This document shows positions 57,342 to 64,000 of a stretch of DNA of 64,000 bases, piece by piece (the stretch's first letter is position 1; the number at the start of each line of letters is the position of its first letter). The notes beneath the pieces are model-generated. The model was not told the DNA's origin and made no database searches. It saw only the letters and a program-made list of their open reading frames with translations. Origin of the DNA: an uncultured cyanobacterium (lineage in GTDB: Bacteria; Cyanobacteriota; Cyanobacteriia; PCC-9006; JAAUQQ01). Made by a program: the position numbers and the translations under genes. The stretch lies in contig OY970368.1 of assembly GCA_963718615.1 (NCBI GenBank), positions 4,864,001 through 4,928,000 on the forward strand. The letters are read 5' to 3'.

Positions 57342-58341
57342 GAGTAGCGTCTGATCTAGGGGCTTCGGTTCCTAATCTTGTGTCCAGGGTTGTATCAATG
57401 GCCGGACAGTCACGGTTTTCGAGCTGGCCGTCCGGCATTGTTGTATTACAGAACAACGTATGCTGAAAGTTAGCATCTAGGGTGTTGCTTTGGCTAAGGT
57501 CAGCGCCCTGAAGCTGCGCGCCTTGAAGATCCGCTTCCTTAAGCTTTGCGCCCATGAGTTTGGCCCCCATGAGATTGGCGTTTTGTAGATTAGCGCCCTT
57601 AAGATTGGCCCCTTGGAGCTTGGCTCCCATAAATTTTGCGTTGCGAAAATCGGCCCAACGCAGATCCGCTCCCCGCAGATCCGCTCCCATCAAATTGACC
57701 GACATCGCTTTGGCCCCTTGCAAACTGCTCTCCCGCAAATTGGCCCACTGGAGATCCGCCTCCGGCAAGCGGGCAAAGGAGAGATTGGCCCCCCGCAGAT
57801 TGCTGCTTTTGAGATTGATATGGAGCAAATTGGCATCCTGGAGAGTGGCCCCTTGCAAATTGGCCCCCTGAAAATTCGCCCGATGGAGATCCGCATGGGT
57901 CAAATCCACAAAGGGCAATTCAATGCCATTGAGATCGGCTCCGTTGATATCCAACCCTGTCATGGCAATGCCATCGGCATAGAGATCCTCTAGGGCCTTG
58001 CGGCGGGCATAGCTAATGGGCAGCTTCGCCGCAGCGGCATGGTCGATCACCTGCCAAGCTTCGTAGTGTTTTTGAGCTTTGCGATCGGGCGCTTCTTTGA
58101 TGTAGAGAATCACGGCAGTGGCGATCGCGATCGACTCCGCACTCTCAAATACCGCCCCAATGGCTTGGCGCGAAACCAGATCCCAGGGGGAGCGAATCGC
58201 CACATCCTCCGCCCACAGGGCAATCCCCGACAGCAATAGTACCGAAACCGCCACCACCCCAGCGGTAGGCATGGCTTGAATCGCCTGCTCATAGCGCAAG
58301 CGCCACCGTCCATAGCGTTGTCGGGCGCGGATTTGCCCCAT
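57301..58341 (-). CDS. Membrane-anchored pentapeptide repeat protein
   Basis: Two N-terminal hydrophobic segments, YEAWQVI, long A(N/D/K)LxG run, TTMPDG cap. Confidence 0.9.
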   Translation of the reverse strand: MGQIRARQRYGRWRLRYEQAIQAMPTAGVVAVSVLLLSGIALWAEDVAIRSPWDLVSRQAIGAVFESAESIAIATAVILYIKEAPDRKAQKHYEAWQVIDHAAAAKLPISYARRKALEDLYADGIAMTGLDINGADLNGIELPFVDLTHADLHRANFQGANLQGATLQDANLLHINLKSSNLRGANLSFARLPEADLQWANLRESSLQGAKAMSVNLMGADLRGADLRWADFRNAKFMGAKLQGANLKGANLQNANLMGAKLMGAKLKEADLQGAQLQGADLSQSNTLDANFQHTLFCNTTMPDGQLENRDCPAIDTTLDTRLGTEAPRSDATPTQAADPNFESER

Positions 58342-58361
58342 GGTTGTCCTGTCGAGTTGAC

Positions 58362-60167
58362 CTAGGCGGGAACTTCGATCCGTTGACTGCCTGCTAACGC
58401 AAAGGCCGCGTGGATGACTTGGAGCGCTTCGACGGCCTGCTCCTCCGCCACCAAACAGCTAATTTTGATCTCCGATGTGGCAATCATTTGAATATTAATC
58501 CGATGATCGGCCAACGCCTGAAACATGCAGGCAGCCACACCGGGCTGGTCAACCATGCCTGCACCGACGACGCTGACCTTGGCGATCGCCGGATTCACCA
58601 CAATTTCGCAGGGACCCATCTCCGCCGTAGCATCCTGGAGGACCTTGCGGGCCTGTTCCACATCGGCTTGAGCCACCGTAAAGGCAATATCCCGTGTAGA
58701 AAGTCCATCGATCACCCGACAGCGCTGGGACTGAATGATCATATCAACGCTGATCTGATGCTCCGCCAGCAGCGTGAACACACGGGCGGCCATACCGGGG
58801 CGATCAGGGACATGGCGAATGGCCAACTGGGCCTGGTTGCGATCGAGGGCAACACCGCGCACAGGCGGTGCATTTTTCTGGGCGCTGGCGGGCGTGGGCA
58901 CGGAGGAGCTGCTGACCCCAAAGGTTTGACAGAGGGCGGCGATGGCGCGATCGCTATCGGCCAAATCCACCACACAGCTCACCTTGACCTCCGAGGTCGA
59001 GATCATCTGAATATTCACCCCCGCATCCGCCAGGGACTGGAACATTTGCGCTGCCACGCCGGGACGGCCAATCATCCCCGCACCGGAAATACTAACCTTG
59101 GCAATTTGGCTGTCGCTGAGGACTTCGCTGGTCTCCGTCTGGTCGCGATCGCACAACGTCGGCAAAATCGCCGCCGCCACCGCCTCGGCCCGTTGCAGGA
59201 CGCGATTACCCACCGTAAAGGCAATGTCGTTGCTGTTGCCCTCGTGAATCGACTGAATAATCAGATCCACCGGCAATTGCTGCCCGGCAATTTCCCCAAA
59301 CAACGAAGCGGCGATACCGGGGCGATCGGGGACCCGCAGGAGGGCAACCTTCGCCTGGTCGGTATCAAGCTCGACGCCATCCACCGGATGGGCAATTTCC
59401 ATATTTTCGAGCGGACGGGGGGCGATCGCCTGATGGGGGCGAACCCAAGTTCCCGGTTCATCGCTCCAGCTCGATCGCACCACCAGGGGCACATTATAGT
59501 TACGGGCAATTTCTACGGCGCGAGGGTGCAGAACCTTCGCCCCCAAACTAGCCAGCTCTAGCATTTCATTACAGGTGATCTCGTCCATCAGCTGGGCCTC
59601 CGGCACCAGTCGAGGATCCGTCGTCAGAATGCCGGGAACATCGGTATAAATTTCACAATAGTCTGCCTGGAGCGCCGCCGCTAGCGCCACCGCCGAAGTA
59701 TCGGAACCGCCTCGGCCCAGGGTCGTAATTTCCAGATCGGCCCCATTGCTAATGCCCTGAAACCCAGCAACCACAACGACTTCGCCGCTGTTGAGCGATC
59801 GCTGGATCCGCTCCGGATTAATCGACAAAATCCGCGCCCGCGAGTGATAGGCCTCCGTGACGATCCCCACCTGCGCCCCGGTCATGGAGCGAGCCGGTTG
59901 CCCCAGGGTTTGCAGCGCCATGGACACCAGCGCAATGGAAATTTGTTCTCCCGTGGACAGCAGCATATCCATTTCCCGGTGGCTGGGAGAATCGGTGATG
60001 TCATGGGCCAGTTTGACCAACCCATCGGTGGTCTTGCCCATGGCCGAAACCACCACGACTACGCGATCGCCCGCCGCCGTCCGTTTGACAATGCGCTGGG
60101 CAACCGCCTGAATGCGCTCCACCGAACCCACCGAAGTACCACCGTACTTTTGAACCACCAGAGCCAT
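58362..60167 (-). CDS. lysC: Aspartate kinase (cyanobacterial type with four ACT domains)
   Basis: [16 protein letters not shown], duplicated VPDRPG...MIxTSE ACT pairs; 601 aa. Confidence 0.96.
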   Translation of the reverse strand: MALVVQKYGGTSVGSVERIQAVAQRIVKRTAAGDRVVVVVSAMGKTTDGLVKLAHDITDSPSHREMDMLLSTGEQISIALVSMALQTLGQPARSMTGAQVGIVTEAYHSRARILSINPERIQRSLNSGEVVVVAGFQGISNGADLEITTLGRGGSDTSAVALAAALQADYCEIYTDVPGILTTDPRLVPEAQLMDEITCNEMLELASLGAKVLHPRAVEIARNYNVPLVVRSSWSDEPGTWVRPHQAIAPRPLENMEIAHPVDGVELDTDQAKVALLRVPDRPGIAASLFGEIAGQQLPVDLIIQSIHEGNSNDIAFTVGNRVLQRAEAVAAAILPTLCDRDQTETSEVLSDSQIAKVSISGAGMIGRPGVAAQMFQSLADAGVNIQMISTSEVKVSCVVDLADSDRAIAALCQTFGVSSSSVPTPASAQKNAPPVRGVALDRNQAQLAIRHVPDRPGMAARVFTLLAEHQISVDMIIQSQRCRVIDGLSTRDIAFTVAQADVEQARKVLQDATAEMGPCEIVVNPAIAKVSVVGAGMVDQPGVAACMFQALADHRINIQMIATSEIKISCLVAEEQAVEALQVIHAAFALAGSQRIEVPA

Positions 60168-60241
60168 TGCAGACCGTCCTCAAAGTCAGTGCCTACAGCT
60201 TATCAGAGCCCTTAGGCGATGGCGGGCTCTGGCGAGGTTGC

Positions 60242-60790
60242 TTAACGATTGCGGCAAAGGTTGGCGTCAATGCGGCAGGTTTCAGCTTGGACGCGATCGC
60301 GCAACTGGTCATCCTCACGCTGCATCAGCAAAATTTGATTAAAGCGCTCAATCGTCAGGGGTTTGAAGTTGGTTTCTACGATTCGCTTCGAGTCATTGCA
60401 GTAGTTAATCGCCACGCCCCGCACCCGAGGATCAAGACCATTAAAACTGTTGCGATCGTCACACCGAATGGCCGGGACCCGGCCCATCACCGCCTGGATA
60501 TCCTGAACCGCCTGCTTGCGCTTGGGTTCGATGGAGAGCGCCGCCCGCACAAAGTTAGCAATTTCTTCCGCCGTGGCCGGGGCCGGTTTCGTCTGGGCAT
60601 AGGCAACACTGCCCAAGGCCAAATCAAAACTCGGGGTCAGACCGGGAGCCCATCCCATCACAACCCCCACGCTGGCCAACGCGCTCGCCCAAAACCATCG
60701 AGATCCCGGTCGAGGTCCCGATCGAGACCCTGATCGCTGTCCCTTGGGCTCCATCGCGGTGTGTTCTATTGTTCGTGATTGGTTCATCAT
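60242..60790 (-). CDS. DUF4168-like exported protein
   Basis: Signal-like segment ending AYA; IEPKR, YCN and LTIERFNQI motifs; start uncertain. Confidence 0.7.
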   Translation of the reverse strand: MMNQSRTIEHTAMEPKGQRSGSRSGPRPGSRWFWASALASVGVVMGWAPGLTPSFDLALGSVAYAQTKPAPATAEEIANFVRAALSIEPKRKQAVQDIQAVMGRVPAIRCDDRNSFNGLDPRVRGVAINYCNDSKRIVETNFKPLTIERFNQILLMQREDDQLRDRVQAETCRIDANLCRNR

Positions 60791-60989
60791 GTCAGCAGGG
60801 ATGAGAAAAGGGTAGGGACTGCACCCAGGTTCAATTACCCGTTCCAGCAGGGTCTGGGGCGGGAACAAGCTTATCCTGGATATAGAGCGTACCAGGCTCC
60901 CAAGTGATTTTGTGGTTCACCGGGTTAAATTCCTGGAGGCTTCAGCGCCCTGGAAAAGACCGATTCAAAGGCCCATTCCCAGGCTTATC

Positions 60990-62000
60990 TTATTGATGCT
61001 TTAACGGGGCAGAAGTTCCTTGGGCACAGAGCGTGCATAGTTCAATAATCTTGGTTTGCAGGGTAGCCAGTTCCTCTTGACCGAGCTTGAGTTCGGCTTC
61101 TAGGGCCAATAACAAGGGCAGAGCCTGCAGCAGTTGGGTTTGGGACAAATGACGGATTTCCTGCTGGAGAAAATAGATGCGGTTGGGGTTGCCAATGCCG
61201 GCGGCGGTGGCGATCGCCCGGTTATCCCGCTCCCCCGATTCCAGCATCACCTTAATCCACAGCCAGGTGCGAAATTGACTCACCAGCGTCGCCACAATCC
61301 GCAGGGCCGGTTCATTTCGTCCCAATAAATCCGACAACAGTTCTAGGGCTTTGGGGATTTGGCCCTGGCGAATGGCGCTGGCGAGTTGCAGGGTACTCTG
61401 GGTGCTCGTCGTCACCAAACTGGCAACGGTCGCTAGATCCAACGGTCCATCGGTCTGGCCCGCAAACAGCCGCAGTTTTTCGAGTTCGTTGTAGAGCTGG
61501 CGGGTGTCGTTGCCCACGGCTTCGACGAGAAATTCACCCCCCTCGCGACTCAGGCGAACCCCGAGGGTTTTGGCGAGCGATCGCAATCGCGCAGCCAGCT
61601 CCTCTGTTTTCCAAGGCGGAATCGGCGAGAACTCCTCAATCTCCGCATATTTTTGCAAGAGCTTCGTCGCCTTCAGTCGCCCGTTGGGCTTGGTGCTATG
61701 GGTCATCACCAACACCGTACTTTCAGGAACTTGGGGCAGCGTTCGGGCCAGCTCCTGGGTGAGATCCTCCGGACATTGCTGAAAAAAACTCGGATCCACC
61801 AACCACACCAACCGCTGACCGAGACCAAAGGGAGGCGTCATCGCCTGAGTCAGCGCGGCTTGGGTCCCATTGGGCTGATCGGCGGGGATGCGATCGAAAT
61901 TAAAACTAGCCCAATCCGGATCCAACACCGCTTGCTTGAGCTTGAGCACGGCCTGGTTGCGCGCAAAATCATCTTCTCCCCAATAAACATAAGTGGGCAT
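60990..62000 (-). CDS. holA: DNA polymerase III subunit delta
   Basis: YWGED, AMTPPFG, EAVGNDTR, ELEKL and EPALRIVATL motifs. Confidence 0.93.
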   Translation of the reverse strand: MPTYVYWGEDDFARNQAVLKLKQAVLDPDWASFNFDRIPADQPNGTQAALTQAMTPPFGLGQRLVWLVDPSFFQQCPEDLTQELARTLPQVPESTVLVMTHSTKPNGRLKATKLLQKYAEIEEFSPIPPWKTEELAARLRSLAKTLGVRLSREGGEFLVEAVGNDTRQLYNELEKLRLFAGQTDGPLDLATVASLVTTSTQSTLQLASAIRQGQIPKALELLSDLLGRNEPALRIVATLVSQFRTWLWIKVMLESGERDNRAIATAAGIGNPNRIYFLQQEIRHLSQTQLLQALPLLLALEAELKLGQEELATLQTKIIELCTLCAQGTSAPLKHQ

Positions 62001-62102
62001 GGGTCCAGATCCACTATCGTCTGATGCCGTAAAATAATTTCAGAAAAGCCATAGGGCTTCTCAGCCTCTATTTTCGCCGTTTACCGGAGTAAACGATTTA
62101 GT

Positions 62103-62879
62103 TTGGACGATTCATATCAGGTCTATGTGAACCGGGTGGTTGGCATCACTCGGCTTGAGCACTACCGGCAACAACTTCAGGTCATCCATTCCTCTCCTAA
62201 GTACCAGCTCACTGACTCGGGTCAGTGGGAAGCAGTGCCCTTTCCGGGGACTACAATCGTTGCGCCCCCCAGCGGTGAGGATCCCGTCAATCAGGCGTTT
62301 TACCAGCAACTCCACGCGATCCATCAAACCCTCGTGGACAGCCTCCCCCCGGATTTACTGATTCCGCTGCCCTCCGACAGTCTGCATGTCACGCTGGCGG
62401 ATTTGCTCTGGGCAGATACCTACGTTCAGGCGCGGGAACAGCCAGGATTTGAGGAAAAGCTCAACGGCGAGATTGCCGACGTGTTTCAAACCTATCCCCA
62501 TTCTAAAAATGGACCGCTGCGCTTCCAGACCCTTGGGTATATGGTGATGCCGCGCGCCTTGGGAATTTGCCTAGTGCCCGACACAGAAGCCGCCTATGAA
62601 CGATTGATGTTGTTGCGGCGATCGCTCTATCAACAGCAGACCCTACTCGGCCTAGGCATTGAGCAACATTATCACCTGACCTTGCACATCACCTTGGGCT
62701 ATTTTGGCCGCGTGCCCGACGACCTAGACCGGGAGAGCTTGAGCGATCGCCTCGCTCAACTCAGCCAGACCGCCCTCGTCCCCTTACCAGAATTTGTGGT
62801 CCAACGGGCGGAACTGCGTCGATTTGACAACATGACCAGCTACGAACGCGAACCAGGTTGGCCAGTTCTAGAGTTCTAG
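62103..62879 (+). CDS. DUF1868 / 2H-phosphoesterase superfamily protein
   Basis: Two HxT motifs (LHVTL, LHITL), PFPG, RRFDNM; TTG start after GGAG. Confidence 0.8.
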   Translation: MDDSYQVYVNRVVGITRLEHYRQQLQVIHSSPKYQLTDSGQWEAVPFPGTTIVAPPSGEDPVNQAFYQQLHAIHQTLVDSLPPDLLIPLPSDSLHVTLADLLWADTYVQAREQPGFEEKLNGEIADVFQTYPHSKNGPLRFQTLGYMVMPRALGICLVPDTEAAYERLMLLRRSLYQQQTLLGLGIEQHYHLTLHITLGYFGRVPDDLDRESLSDRLAQLSQTALVPLPEFVVQRAELRRFDNMTSYEREPGWPVLEF

Positions 62880-63434
62880 ATCAATTGAGGCTCCAGCGTT
62901 CTTGGGCTCATAGGGGTAGCCATCGGGGTTAATCGTGTAGCGATCGCGAATTGCCCCCTCAAACACGCCTCCTTTACTACGGTAGAGATTGCAGCGGCTC
63001 AGGTTGGCCCCCTCCAGGGTGGCATTTTCCAGATTAGCCCCCGTCAAATCCGCACCGGTCAAATCCGCGCCAGTCAAGTTGGCATTCCGCAGATCTGCCT
63101 GGATCAAGTTAGCCCCCACCAAACAAGCCCGTTCCAGCAGGCCGAAGCGCAGGTTGGCCCGATACAGCAACCCTAAGCTCAGATCCGCCGCGTATAAATT
63201 TATGCCGTAGAGTTGACTATCAGATAGCACTGCCTGACTCAAACAAACCTGACTCAGATTTGCCTTACTAAACTGGACATAGGGCAGATAAGCAGCCGTG
63301 AGATCACTGCCTGTGAGATCAATCCCCATGAGTGAGGCTTCAAAAAGCGAGATTCCCCTCAGGTCTCGTCGTTGAAAATCGCGCTCCCCTAAACCGTACC
63401 GAATGAGCAACGCTTCACCAGTAAGTTTTTTCAT
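62868..63434 (-). CDS. Pentapeptide repeat protein
   Basis: RYGLGERDF N-cap, pentapeptide repeats, PDG C-cap; start trimmed to ATG 63434. Confidence 0.88.
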   Translation of the reverse strand: MKKLTGEALLIRYGLGERDFQRRDLRGISLFEASLMGIDLTGSDLTAAYLPYVQFSKANLSQVCLSQAVLSDSQLYGINLYAADLSLGLLYRANLRFGLLERACLVGANLIQADLRNANLTGADLTGADLTGANLENATLEGANLSRCNLYRSKGGVFEGAIRDRYTINPDGYPYEPKNAGASIDLEL

Positions 63435-63615
63435 GTACAGCGTTGCGGCTGAAGTTCTTAGTGTCCGAGTTCCAACGTAACGGAATGTAAAGCGAAACCT
63501 GAGTTTACTTAACATTTTTTTTGGAGTCCTGACACTTCCGCTCCTGGGTTCCCCATTGGCCGGACCGAGGCCACTCGGCTTAAATGGAGAACAGAACTCT
63601 TTTCTGCTGTGGTCC

Positions 63616-64000
63616 ATGTCCCAACTTTCCTCATCAGTGGCAGAGCATTATCATGAGCGCACCAAGTACTCGCCGGAAAGCTTGACCCAGCAAGGCCGGG
63701 AGCTGGATTGGAGCCAACAGCCTATTCCCTTCAAGACCTACAAAATCGGGGCCGTCATTGATCTCAAGCCCTACTGGGAAACGGACAAAATAGGCAAGAC
63801 GGGGAGATCATCCGAGGTTGCCTCATTGTCCCCCGTGCTGCAACGCCTGTCGCGGCTGCTGTTGTGCAGCTATGGCTTAACCCAACGGGTTCAGCTCTGG
63901 GAGGGCAGCTTGATGTATCTGCGGGCGGCCCCCTCCGCTGGCGGGCTTTATCCGGCGGAAATTTATCTACTCTCCGCAGGGCTGCCGGATCTCCCCCCAG
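63616..64000 (+). CDS. SagB/ThcOx-type nitroreductase-family dehydrogenase (5' part, runs off the window)
   Basis: Manual translation MSQLSSSVAEHYHERTKY...LDWSQQPIPFKTY...LRAAPSAGGLYPAE. Confidence 0.85.
   Translation, partial: MSQLSSSVAEHYHERTKYSPESLTQQGRELDWSQQPIPFKTYKIGAVIDLKPYWETDKIGKTGRSSEVASLSPVLQRLSRLLLCSYGLTQRVQLWEGSLMYLRAAPSAGGLYPAEIYLLSAGLPDLPP

Noticed and set aside
63616-64000. RiPP (azole) biosynthetic cluster
   Set aside because: Only a partial SagB-type gene is visible, with no YcaO or precursor in the window

Overview
This is a chromosomal window from a beta-cyanobacterium: it has Form IB Rubisco, a beta-carboxysome operon, abundant HIP1 (GCGATCGC) octamers and a cyanobacterial rrn operon. 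Core genes are ccmK-L-M-N-O followed by rbcL-rbcS (no rbcX), a complete minus-strand rRNA operon (16S, tRNA-Ile, tRNA-Ala, 23S, 5S), rsmH, a devBCA-type exporter, a thioredoxin, ndhH, glpX, hemA, lysC and holA. Five accessory or unusual elements stand out. (1) An IS200/IS605 element (tnpA+tnpB) sits in the last codon of an FkbM-like gene and has an exact 80-bp duplication of its left end. (2) An AT-rich, HIP1-free two-gene island encodes a TcmP-like partner, split by an IS1 with an 8-bp target duplication, and a DUF5131 protein with a canonical CxxxCxxC radical-SAM motif. (3) A nine-gene lipid-carrier glycosylation cluster mirrors the Arn pathway. (4) A CHAT protease, a DUF928 protein and a CHASE2/GGDEF receptor form a signalling triad. 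(5) A small basic ORF has its stop codon inside an intrinsic terminator, an architecture reminiscent of ribosome-rescue factors. All family calls come from motif recognition by eye; no database searches were run.
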